A stretch of 63,632 nt of DNA, filler included, from Neolecta irregularis DAH-3 (Eukaryota), in the NCBI GenBank assembly GCA_001929475.1. It is 7 parts of 7 records of this genome, joined end to end, with 100 filler letters (N's around TTAATTAATTAA, not from the genome) between each part and the next. Parts side by side here need not be neighbours in the genome. Positions count along the whole stretch, not along the records: positions 41,163 to 52,110 come from LXFE01000481.1; positions 52,211 to 59,325 come from LXFE01003884.1; positions 59,426 to 60,816 come from LXFE01003898.1; positions 60,917 to 62,225 come from LXFE01000494.1; 3 more parts are not named here. One strand, 5' to 3'. Made by a program: the position numbers and the translations under genes. The notes below the pieces were generated by a model. It did not search any database and was not told where the DNA came from. It was given only the letters and a program-made list of their open reading frames with translations. Positions 49,119-61,444 of this stretch are shown here, one piece after another (position 1 is the stretch's first letter; each line of letters starts with the position of its first letter).

Positions 49119-50989
49119 TCAAAGATTGAGATGGGCGAGTTCAAGGGGGAGGTGTCCTGGTATTTATCATTAAATCAAAGCACAAATAACGGGGTAAAGC
49201 CGCGATACTAGGATGAGAGAGACGTCATTCTTCTTAAAAAGTGCCGAGACCATACTATGTTATAGCCATTAGCGTATCCAATAAACATCTCACGATTGCG
49301 AAGAGGTTCAGCACGCTGCGGTCGTTTTGGGCGTAACTTGTTCCTCAAGGCCGGCCTACTAGAAATTCCGCCAAGCGAATGGTTTTTGTAATATCTGTGG
49401 CATATCGTCCGCCGGGCTGAAGTTGGTTGCCTGCAAAGGACAACTTTTTACTGGTAGTAGGAAGAAAGTTGGACATTGCGATTTAGGGCGCGTTCGCCAG
49501 CCACCAGATTTACCCAATTATTGCAATTTTAGGTGATTTTGACAAATTCCGATTTGTCGTCGCGTTCGGCACCACACAACTTGCAACTTTATTTTGCAAT
49601 ATTCGTCGAAAAACGCGAGAAAGAAACACAGATACGACTGCAGCCAACATTTCCATCCAAATACAACACTATGTAATTTTGGCAAATTTGAATTGATGTG
49701 TTCGACGTGTCCACAAATTTGAACTTTTTAGCTGGAGATTTGTCAGAATATCTCGAGAAAGAAAATGTTGCTCTGGACCAGTAGGTACTAGTATTTTCTT
49801 TCTTGTCACCAATACAATCACAACACGCTTCAACCAAAATGTCCACTTTATTTCAAGTACACCTATAAATGAACATAGCACTGCTTCTATAAACTAATCT
49901 GCCACTGTCATCAAACTCCATGCTGCTCCTGTGCACTGGCCATGCACCTGGAGATTGCAGACAAGTGCAGTGCAGCAGCAGTCATCCACCAGCACACCCT
50001 GGTGTCACTCGACAAGTACAATATTCCCTGTTTTAGAAAATGGAGATCTTTTTTTTGGGTGGCTGGCAAACGGACCCTAAATAAACTATCCAATGCCAAT
50101 GCAAAATATATAGCCATTCCAACATATATATATATCTATCTATTCATAATCTAGACAGACAGAAACACAAACAATCCAATATTTCAATTTATACATTTTT
50201 ATTATTGTCAAGTGAATTCCCCTGAGCAGCCCTTCCCTTTTCTTTTTCCTTTTTGAAGAATAGGCGTGAAGAGAGTTTCTTGGTGTCGCGTATTATTATT
50301 TGATTTTTCAGTGTCAGGTTGTAGGGTGATGATTTGATTCTTCCATCGTGGTAGACCCCCATTGTTGATGATTTGATTCTTCAGTTATGGTGGATGTCCG
50401 TTGTTGATGATCTAAGTCGGCATCGTCATCGACTGATTTGTAAATTTCTGTTGAATCATTTTATAATGTAATAATTCCTTTTCACTGACACTAGGTTCAA
50501 CGCCTCAGCGAAATCCCCTTGTCCAACACAAAACATCTTCTTTCGTAGTCACCTTTTCAAAAAAGAAGGTCGTACTAGGTATGTTATCTTGCTTCTAGGG
50601 ACGCCATTCTTGACATGTTCTAAAATTGGGATTTGAAGAATTGGCAAATTCCATAAAATTTGATGCGCACAGAACACGGGCTTAAAATTGCAATTTGAAG
50701 AAATTGCAAATTTCATGAAACTTGGGGCGCGAACGAACTCTAATTCAATTCGTGTTCCACCCCGATGTGCTTTCCCCTACTGCCCGACGCCTTCTTCTCC
50801 TTCCACGTTGTCTCTGATCTGCACAAAACATCCTCTCCACTATCATCCCCACAGCGCTCTCCACCGCCTCCCTTTTGTGTCATTGGCTAAATGCTGGCAG
50901 TCCCCAGCTGCTCATAGCCCTGGGCTACTCTGTCGCTGTCCTGCAACTTGCGCCCTCTGTACGCGCCTGGGCCTACCATACCAGCTTTT

Positions 50990-51195
50990 TCGCAGCCATC
51001 TTTGCACACTCGATCATCATGTACAACCTCCAACCACTGCAGTAGCTCCGCAGACATAGCGACGATTGCACCGGCAGAGCTGCCACAGAGCACGCGTGGC
51101 AGCAGCTGGTTGTCGAGCAGCACCATTATGACACCGACATGGCTCATCCCGAGCATGGCGCCACCCAGCAGCGCTGTGGCCAAACACCTGGTGCT
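50990..51195 (-). pseudogene. Patatin-domain triacylglycerol lipase (Tgl3/4/5-like) fragment
   Basis: TALLGGAMLGMSHVGV..LLPRVLCGSSAGAIVA contains the Gly loop and GxSxG motif. Homology is lost through frameshifts on both sides. Confidence 0.7.
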
Positions 51196-52210
51196 CGGTC
51201 ATGAGTCACTCCAACTTGCACTTGTCAGGAAGTGAGTTACCCGACCGCAGGAGCAGCATGCCCAGCAATTTGTCGACTTCGCAGAAGTACTCAGAACCCC
51301 AATCCGGAGACATATCAATCGTTTGCGGCTAGAGGATTGGACAGAATGATGAATGGGATTACAGCAACATCTATCCAATGAAGGCTGGTTTGAAGAGAAC
51401 AGACACAAAAGACAACATTTCCTGGCCCATGGCTTGATAATCCTCAAGATGGCTCAACAGGAATAGTTCCGTATCTCAATGCTCCTGAACTGGCGCGGTC
51501 GAGTGCGTATTCTCTGGCAAGGACCATTCGACCAAAGATCATTATCGTTTGCAAACACATATTCTGCGTCAGCTTCTTTGGGTACTCTCTTCTTCTCACC
51601 CCCTGACACAAGCGCCCTCAGCGGCCATATCATCTCCACTGCCCTCTTCCCCTTCGCTGCTAAACTTGCACTGCAAGGCTCCTTTGCCGAACACATACAC
51701 ACCCTTGCCTGCCTCTCCCACTCACGTCCTCTTGCTTCCCTGCCCGTCACCGCCCCTGATCACCTTGCCTGCTGCGACACCTGGCAAAAGCACTTCCATC
51801 CTCACCCGCATGCCCGCCTCTCCGCCAGATTGTTGCTACTGCTCGACATGCCTGCAGAACTACTCCCCCGTCGAGGATCCCGCTCCAGCTCCACTCTGCA
51901 TCCTCCGCCTGTCTCATGTAGATCGATTCCCTGACTGGCCACTTTCCAGAGCTCAGTACTGCTGTAACTGCTATGGCTACACCTACTATGCGAATATGCT
52001 TCGAGAAAGTATCAAACACGGATTGGGAAGTGACAACACTGAGCGCGAAGATCAAAGACAATGGGAAGATGGGAGTCGACGACAAAAAGTACTCGACATT
52101 TCAAAGATTANNNNNNNNNNNNNNNNNNNNNNNNNNNNNNNNNNNNNNNNNNNNTTAATTAATTAANNNNNNNNNNNNNNNNNNNNNNNNNNNNNNNNNN
52201 NNNNNNNNNN

Positions 52211-52498
52211 GGCTGACTCTTCAAACCAAATGCTTCTGAATGCGGGCATTGCAGTTGGAATATTCTATTTGACTTGGTATGTCATGGTCCGAAAATGATC
52301 ACTACGAAAAGAGCAAATGGCTGACTCTTCAAACCAAATGCTTCTGAATGCGGGCATTGCAGTTGAAATATTCTATTTGAGGCTGAATCTTAATATGATA
52401 TGTCCTAGTCCGGAAAATGTTACGAAAAGAGCAAATGGCTGACTCTTCAAAACGAATGCTTCTGAATGCGGACATTGCAGTTGGAATAATCTATTTGA
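52211..52498. repeat. Tandem repeat, ~108-118 bp unit, about 2.6 copies at a contig start
   Basis: GGCTGACTCTTCAAA..AATGCTTCTGAATGCGG.CATTGCAGTTG occurs at 52211, 52319 and 52437. Confidence 0.9.
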
Positions 52499-52861
52499 GG
52501 CTGTCCTCAACGGGGTGGCCATTCTGCAGGCATGCCGAGTAGGAGCAATAGTCTGGTGGAGAGGCTGGAGAAGATGGGCAGGGCGAGCAAGGAGGGTTAG
52601 CAAACGATGAGAACAAAAAGAAGCAAGTTCTTGCAACCACTAGTTGACGCGAAAAAAAACGATCCAGGAAAATTTGGAATCATAGTTTTTATATACATCG
52701 TTGAATATATAATATCCAGTTGATGGCTCCTTAAATTCAGAGAACACTGAATAATCAACGCCTTGCTATAGTGAAGTAATAGATTAGAATAGGATGGGCC
52801 TACATAATATAACTGAAATATAAAGCTACAAGGCTTGCAAAAGCTTCAAGTGGTTCAGCTG

Positions 52862-54429
52862 TTAAAGATATGTGGGTTCTGAATCTACTCCTTTTTCAGC
52901 TGCTGATGGAAACTCCTGTGATAGGGAAGCTGTGGCCTCTTCTCTTTGACATTTATACTGAGCATCATCTGGCTTTATCTCTCCTGTTTGTCTAGTTTCC
53001 GAAGAGGATGCAGCGACCCTGTCTTTTGGAGGTGTTTCTTTTGTCTCTGTTGCGGAAGCATAACCAGTTTCCAAAATATATGATTCTTCTTCCTTTGCAA
53101 CAGATTTCTCGGCTTCATTGTTGCTATGGGTTTGATCCCCAGCTTCAATTTTGGACCAATGAGGTGGAGGTGCTTTACCATTCGCGCCATTCGCTTCAGG
53201 CTTTTCGGGCGATCCACTGTCGGCCAATTTTCTCCATTGGTCAAGAATATTTTGAGCTCCCTCTTTGATTTTCAGCTCTTCGTCTCGTGGTATTTCAACC
53301 AGATTTACGATTCTCTTGAGGACCTTTCCAATTTTTGTGGCCTTTGTTAAGTCGGGAAGAAATATCAGGAGATACCTTGAGGATTGGACTGGTTAAACCG
53401 TCAAATTTGGACAATTTCTCCAATTGACTTTTGACATTAAGCATATCCTGTGGCATCAATCGACAAGTCCCAGGAAAAAAAAATATACTTCGGGTTTGAT
53501 TTCTGCGCCAGCTGATAATAGGGCCTTTTGCAACTTATGTCGAACGAATAAAACGTCCTTTTCGATTTTATCAGGGCTTGGGAGTACCTTCTCAACCGGT
53601 TCCACTTCTTCATCGCTATTTGTAATTTTCCTTCTATCTTTTTGCGCAGACTTTTGTGTGACTTTGGATTTTCCATTGGTAGCTTTTTTGGCAGGTGTTT
53701 TCGACGGTGTCCTTTTGGCAGGTGTCTTCCGAGGCTATAGTGTCAAAAAGAGGTGAAGGGAAACATGTAAACCTTCTTTTTGGGTTCTTCATCTTCGTCG
53801 CCGTCAACTGACTCTGATTTCTTGCGCTTTTTCGAAACGGGAGTTTTCTTCTTTGGCTTCGCAACGGGTTCTTCTTCATCTTCAGGAGGAACGGCTTCGC
53901 CATCATCATTGCTTTCATGCATATCAATGTCTTCCTCCTCTTCGATCTCTTCATGGTCAGATTCTGCATTCCCGGCTGCAGCGGAAAATCCATTTTTCAC
54001 GAAATCGGTGATTTGCTGCAGCGTGGGAGGTTTAGTTGCCATTTTGTACGCATCTTTGAGGTCTTTGCTGCCCTTTCCAAGTTTAAGAAAGTTGTCAATC
54101 TCCTCTGGTCTGAGTGGTTTTACTTCAGACTTTGAAGCCCATAAACTAGAGAATCAGACGCCCGATGGCAATGCGGCAATGCTGTAGGCCATACTAATTA
54201 GCATCGGGAAAGAAATATACAGCGTAGATTTCGGATTTATTTGCTGGTTTTAATTTGATGGCCTCTTCTGTAACCTGTTCATCCGTGACGAGCTGGACAG
54301 ACGTTAGTTTAAAATGCCCAAGACTACAAAACATGCGATTCCAGGCCACCATGGATAGCCTTTAATTTTACCGAGGACAAGAGTCCCTGGTGTTAATGCG
54401 CGCAAAGGTGCAGAAGGCGAATCAAACAT
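52862..54429 (-). CDS. PWWP-domain chromatin protein (Pdp3-like), multi-exon
   Basis: Spliced reading gives PGTLVLGKIKGYPWWPGI, YAVYFFPDANY, an acidic/basic linker, VLFVRHKLQKALL and TKIGKVLKRI (TFIIS-N/IBD-like). Confidence 0.85.
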
Positions 54430-54659
54430 TTGAGGTGATTGAGCGGTTGGATGTGAAGGTGTGGTTTTGGACAGGCAAAAGGAATTTCCCGAACAATGTG
54501 GTTCGGTTTCTTGTGTGGATTTTCAAATATTCATTTGAGCCGCTGATAAATTATGTTCTTGGGTGCTCAGGATGTGTATCCATGTAGAATGATGTTTTCG
54601 AGACCACCTTTGGCACAGCTTGGACATCCACTCTGAATATTTATATGGTGATAGCAGCA

Positions 54660-57600
54660 ATGTCGCATGTCAAGGCTGCGTTGAAATCAGCAAGGGAAGC
54701 AATATCAAAGCAAGACTGGGACGCTGCTATCCGTCAATGCGACCGGGTTTTATCTTTTGAACCCGAAAATTACAATGCGTACCTTGTGGATAAGTACCCG
54801 AAATAACCCTCTTCAGCTTCGTGTTTCTGGGCCTGGCTCGTTTCAACAATGACCATTTTGCGGCAAGCGAGGAGGCCTACAGAACAGCAATCAAATTTGA
54901 TGCTGAACAGCCTTTAGCCTGGCAGGCAAATTATCTTTTGAACCCGGAGCCGACCTTTTAGGGTTTAGTAAACCTCCTTGAACGAGCGGGTAGACTGCAA
55001 GAACATATGGGTGTTTCGAAAAAGCTCGCCGAGATATTTATGAACAAGTATTCTTCTATAATCGCCAATACCTCTAATGAAAGGGACGACAAAGACAAAT
55101 GCTTTGCAGTCATCGATAAAACATGCAACATTTCAAATAAATATGGCAATGAAGACCTACAGCTTGGAGCTCTTGTTACTAAATCGCCAGAAAGCCCGTT
55201 CTTTGTATATCTTGAAGATCGGCTCCCACACCCTTCGATAACGTACGCAGCAATCATCGACATCAGTGAAAAGAATGAGAAAGACACTATGAACAAAGAG
55301 ATTGCAAAAAGGAGATCAAGACTCGGCGCTCGGATGGAAGATGTCGTGAAAGATGTCACGCGCGAAATCTTGCTCAAGTCCAAAGTAGAGGTACCTTTTG
55401 GAAAGGTTGGCTGAGATTCAGCTAGACAATTTATACCAAAATCTAGTAAATTGGAGCTATGATGAAACTGTTCGTCGAGAGGTTGAAGAAAAAATCCTGG
55501 AACGAGGCTATCGACTACTTAATTCGCTCCCATCGGCGATGAAAGGCGAGCAATGCCTCAAAGTCCAAGAATGGGCAAAAGGATTGGTAATCCTCAAAGC
55601 CCCTGTCGAACTAGCATGGCTTATATATCTCGACTGGAAAGATATTGAGCGAATCGGTTTGTTGAATGGTAGAGGATTCTTTTCTAATATACGAGGTGAT
55701 CTTGACAAAAATATACTACATGACTTCTCCGATTTATTCCCCAAACACCCGCTCACGAGAATACTCGCGACTCTATATCGAAGCAACCTAAATCCGTTTC
55801 CTCGAGCTACAACAGACTCTGAAGACAGTACACCCAAAGATGCTCCCCTGCTAGTTGAAGATATTGTCGATGATGTCATGAACGAATTACAATCATGTTC
55901 ACAATACATCCTTGCATATCGGATCTTAAGTGACATGCTTTCACATATACGCGATTATCAAAGCATCTCAGAAACATGCAAAGACGCACTCGATTTACTA
56001 AACAAACGGACTGTCGACACAGGCCATCAATCTCTACTGTATTTACCTGCCTCTTCAAGTCCCTGCTAATAGCTGGCTAGCACATATTCTCATTTCGAGA
56101 CTTTGCTGGGGACAGCTTATGTTTATTTTAATGCTCCCAAGTTACATGCCCAAGCAGAAGCTTGTTTTGATCGTGTGCTTGCTCGACACCCACGCAACCA
56201 GACCGCATTGGTTGGGAAGGGTCTCGTATTAGAAGAGCGAGCGCAATTTCACCAGGCACTGGAGTATTTTGAGAAAGTTTTGGATCAGAATAGGGATTAT
56301 GTACACGCGCTTGCCGAGTTCAGTTGGTGTCAGATCATGCTTGGGGCCCATGAGCAGGGGAAATCTGGACTTGAACGATGTCTTGAATTATTACACGGAG
56401 AAGATTTGCAATGTAAAGAGCTTCGAGCCGAAGTTTGGTGGAGAATGGGATATTCTGTTTGGGAAAATCAACGTACGCATAACCCCATGATAAGTGGCAA
56501 AGATTTACGTCGTAGCTGAACTCAGAAGCGATCGTGCATTGGCTTATGACATGTTCATAACATCTCTCAAGCAAAACCCGAATTTTGCCCCAGTGTATAC
56601 CTCTCTGGGTATTTTCTTTGCGGAGATAAAAGATGACCACGATCGGGCATCTAAATGTTTTCAGAAGGCTTTTGAGCTAGATGCCGGAGAAATCGAAGCA
56701 GCAGAGCGACTAGCACGATCATTCTCCGATTCGAATGAGTGGGAATTGGTAGAGATCGTAGCTCGAAGAGTATCTTCGGCTCCGAAGAAGAGATTATACG
56801 GTGCCAAAATGGGAGCCTGGCCAGAGAGGGCACTTGGTATTGTTGAATTGGTATCTCTATACATGTCATATCCTGAGCTGATGTAGAATCAACATAATTA
56901 CCACATAGCAATTCGGTTCTTCCAAAGTGCATTACGAATCAATCCATCCGATTTTCATTCATGGATTGGACTTGGAGAGGCCTATTTCTATTCAGGACGT
57001 CATATCGCTGCTCAGAAATCCCTTTTGCAGGCTGAAAGTCTTGAAGGAACATTTTGGTTCGCTACCTACCTTCGAGGTCTTGTTTCCGCTGAACTAGGTG
57101 AATTCGAAATTGCCATCGATTGTTTCCTTGGCGTACTTTCCTTAGATTCCGAAAATGTCCCTGCCCGAATCGCTCTCGCAAATACTTATATTGAGGGTGC
57201 CCATCGGTGGATTTCGAAAGCGCATTATGCATTAGCTGCCGAAAATGCTCACAATGCATTGACCTCTCTTTCTAGCATTGTCCTTCAAGACCCGCAAGAT
57301 AATACAGAACCGTGGAAAATTCTCGGAGAAGCCCTTGGCATTCTTGGACAAACTATAAAATTCATCAAGCAGGACATCATGGAAATTGTAGAACATCTCG
57401 CATTTCGTATTTCAGGATTGCTCAGCCAGACTTGTGCTTTTGAAGAAGATTTCGATCCTTTCCGAATTGATGCCATTGAGTCATTCTTACTGAAAGAAAA
57501 GGACTCTCTTGCAATGACATGTCTCGGTTTATCAGTATACGTATACAAGGTTGCTGTTCATATCAGCTATAAAGACCGTTTGAACCATTCAATTGCGTGG

Positions 57601-59180
57601 TATAATCTCGGTCTCGGGGAATATAAGATATACCAGTATTCCCTCAATACGGTAAACCCGAAAAGTATCGATGCGGCCATCTATTGTTTCAAGAAAGCTA
57701 TTAAACTAGAATCCAGAAATTGCTTATTTTGGAACTCTCTTGCAGTCGTTACGTCTGAGAAGAACCCAAGGGTCTCTCAGCATGCTTTTTTGAGGGCGCT
57801 ACAGATCGATGACAAGGTTGGATGTTTTTAGTTCAGCGATGCTAATTGATATGAAGAATGCGAAGGTTTGGTCGAATCTCGGCTGCCTCTATTTAATACA
57901 CAACGATCTAGAAATTTCGGAGCAAGTGTTTGTAAAAGCTCGGTCTATGGATCCTGACATCCCGGCCCCATGGATTGGATGTGCATTTATATCTTTATTA
58001 TCAGGAGACATAGATGATGCTACAAGTGCCTTCCAGCATGCAGTCAGTCTCGCAGATTCCACACAAGTACGTTGATGTTCATAGTCATCACAGTTCTAAG
58101 CTAATAGGAAACCGCAAATCTTTATTTCGCAGCACTCTCTTTTGATACAATTATCGATGGCAACACGGATCTTCAATTCGTCAATCCCATCTTTGCGCTA
58201 CAGAAATGTCTAGATAGTCGTCCCGACTCAATAGATGCATTGGACTTACAAGCCCTTCTCCTCGAAAGGACACGGGAATACCCACAGGCAAGAGCGAATC
58301 TCGAGAGTCTTTGTCAAATTCTGGAAGGTGAATATGAAGATACAGAATCAGAAACAACGCTTAAACGATTTGTAATCGGCAAAGCTAATTTATCGCGTGT
58401 TTGTCTGGCACAGAAAGTGTACAAAGAAACTGTGGAGCATTGTAAAATTGCTCTTGCGCTTTCTGAAGGAACCAGCGATATGGCAAAGGCGAGATTATCG
58501 TGCTATATCACTTCTGGCCTTGGATTATTCTATTTAGAACGGTTCCAGGAATCTTTGGACATGTTTGAAGTTGCACTAGAGGAAACCAAACATGATCCAG
58601 ACATCTCTGTATTAGTTGCAAAAGTGCTATGGGCGATGGGCGAGGGTGAGACTCGGCGACTTGCTGCTCAGCAGTTGCTACAATGGTATCTTCAACGTGA
58701 AAATCGTGGGAAACGGGCTTATTCTATAGTATCGAAAAACATCCGGGACATGTGACGAGTATAATTTTACTGGGTTTGATGGGATATTTTCTCGAGGATG
58801 AGGAATTACAACAAGCTGTATTGAGTGAGATTGAATCTTTGGATTTTTCTGCAAAGAGAAAGATGGATCCGGACTATCATGTCGAGAGCGTGCAGTCTCT
58901 ACTTGCATCCAAGAATGGACAAGATCTATTGTCGCACTGGCGACGGTCCATATTTATTCAACCATCTTCGTCAAAGGCTTGGCGAAATTTTGGGCGTTGG
59001 GCAGAATGTAATGATTTTGGACAAGTTGTTCTAGAATTGGCAAAGAAGGATATAAATGATGTGAATGCACTAACTAGAGCATATAGGGAAGAAGGAAGTA
59101 TGTCAAATTTGCAGACAGCTACGATGATTGCACCATGGAGCACGGAAGCTACATGTGAAATGTATAACTTGATTGAATAG
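54660..59180 (+). CDS. SKI3: Superkiller complex TPR subunit Ski3, about 12 exons
   Basis: N-terminus MSHVKAALKSAREAI..ENYNA; NPNFAPVYTSLGIF..RASKCFQKAFELDAGE; many TPRs. Confidence 0.92.
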
Positions 59181-60140
59181 ATAATTAGATCTGGATATGT
59201 CAATTTCAAGGAATGTAGCATTAAAGGTAGTATAAATGCGATACGACTTGTGGCATAGTATTATATTTTAGCCCCACGTACTCTACCTTTGTAAGTATGC
59301 TGTGCATACTCACAACGTTCACAGTNNNNNNNNNNNNNNNNNNNNNNNNNNNNNNNNNNNNNNNNNNNNTTAATTAATTAANNNNNNNNNNNNNNNNNNN
59401 NNNNNNNNNNNNNNNNNNNNNNNNNAGCTGGAAGAGGAAGAAATCACAGAAGGATGTTTAATTGCTGTACTGCATTGAACGTCCTGGTCACGTGGAAATA
59501 TGGAATGTGGAATATTGTGTGGCGCTAATAACCCCACCGAACGCAAATTGTGGCGTTTACGCGAAAGTATATCCGAACATTTTAATTTCCACCAAAATAA
59601 AGCATATTCCCTTCTTTAGAATAGTGTGGCTTTTCAAAATAGTGGCTGGCGAACGCACCCCAAATCTTGACGCCTGTTGTCATACTCCTTTTTCTATAGC
59701 ATTGTTTGGTAATACACTGAACTAGCGAGATACATTAAAAGACAGAGCTGCTCTGTTGTCTCCTGCGTTACTATTATGCATCTGACTGCAAGAGACTTGA
59801 TCCTTTTACTCTCACTAAATTGGATGAATCTCCAGGTCGCTTCATTGGTTTCTTAAAATCTAATAAGAATAGGTTTTCTGCAACCCCACAAGCGTGGACC
59901 ATCATCAGGAGCTGGCCAGCAGGACAACTCAAGAGACCTATGGAAGAGGTTGTCTGATAAGTTGTATTATCAACAAAGGATGCACAACAACATGTCCCTC
60001 TGAATAGATTGTAAGAATGTCATGCAAGAGACAAAAAACACTCGACGAACAAGCAGAAGAAATCCATAAATTACTGTTCCTTCAAAATGCACCCAACAGT
60101 GACAGAAAATGAAAATGAACTCCCATAAATAGCAAAAGAT

Positions 60141-60645
60141 TTAATTCGATAGCCCTGAATACCGATTCCTTTGTTCCTGAGTTTGAGAAATCTTGCTCAA
60201 GAGGATTAAACAAACCTTTGTAAGATTCGGGGCAATTTTCCTGATCAGTGCAATTCCCATCAGTCCACCAGTAACTCCCAGAAACATGATAATAATAGCC
60301 TTATCCTTGCGACTTTCGCGTTCTAATAGTCAGCCGCTGTCTAAAAATTACCCCTTATACGAAAACAAATTGTGGTAATTTCCTCTTGATCTGTCATAGC
60401 AGTACAAGCAGGGAGATTATAGTCGAGACAAAATTTGCGGGTACATTGATTGCAGGGTTTCACAGGGTCGATAGGATCAGTCAGGGGTATTATCGTGCTG
60501 TTTTTTGAACAGATGCATTTGCAGTATGATAACGAAAGATCAGCAGAAACCATATGCTAAGTCCAAGTCAAAATTAAATAGCAAAAGAGGCAAATACGAT
60601 AATAAGAAAAAGGGAAACGAGAAAGAGATATGGGCGTAGAATCAT
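60141..60645 (-). CDS. Small Cys-rich single-pass membrane protein, 4 exons
   Basis: Signal peptide, then CKCIC..NSTII...CNQCTRKFC...C...CF-QRESRKD, then a hydrophobic helix (AIIIMFLGVTGGLMGIAL). Confidence 0.7.
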
Positions 60646-61231
60646 TTTTGATGATGGTTATCAAAAAAGGGTTGAATTCAATTTGCGATTTCTCGCACTC
60701 CACCATGCGATTTCCCCGCTGCGTCTTACAAATCCCCAAATGCAGACTTCTGATTCGTTCAAATTCTTCTGGCGCCGCTCAGTTCCGTGTAATTCCATCT
60801 CCAAATTACTCCAAACNNNNNNNNNNNNNNNNNNNNNNNNNNNNNNNNNNNNNNNNNNNNTTAATTAATTAANNNNNNNNNNNNNNNNNNNNNNNNNNNN
60901 NNNNNNNNNNNNNNNNATGGGTATTCTTGATGTGTGGCATTCTTGATAAATTGTGCTTGAAATTTGTAATTCGAGAAAGATGGCAGTTTGTGTAAATATT
61001 TTTTATTAATTAATCTTTAGAATATCTAAGATTTTTATTGCTGCAGAACTATATAATTTCTCAAATTTTCTCACCTTTATATAACCTCGTCGTCATAATG
61101 AAAAGTGATATGCGACTGTACTACAAAAATAGCCTGAGTATTGTCAAAGAATTTTACAATGGGAATGATGAATTTTTGTTGTTTTGAACAAACAATTTCG
61201 GAGGAGATTGGTTGGCACTACCATTGCTTTC

Positions 61232-61444
61232 TGTAAGAATGTACCCTTCAGGTACACCTTACCAAGACGGCAAGAGGTGTGGAATCAAATTGCGACCTTT
61301 ATGACCGGATATAAACTTGATATAATTAGAATACCTAACCTACGATACAACACTTAGGCTAGGTACGTTTCCTAAGAAGATACAAAACATAGGCTAGTAC
61401 TATAAACCTGGTTTTATTTGTACTTCAGAGTATCAAAACCCACA
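61232..61444. mobile_element. Putative solo LTR, 213 bp
   Basis: TGT...ACA ends are flanked by TTTC, with an internal TATAAA. Bases 61236-61265 are identical to 28168-28197. Confidence 0.55.

Noticed and set aside
52211-52498. Repeat-spacer-like pattern as a CRISPR array
   Set aside because: The intervening segments are similar to each other, so this is a plain degenerate tandem repeat.
35592-59180. RdRP plus SKI3 as an antiviral gene cluster
   Set aside because: They lie on different contigs separated by two spacers, and both are standard eukaryotic genes.
60010-60020. TGTAAGAATGT match to the start of the 61232 LTR
   Set aside because: The match is only 11 bp with no further similarity, which is compatible with chance.
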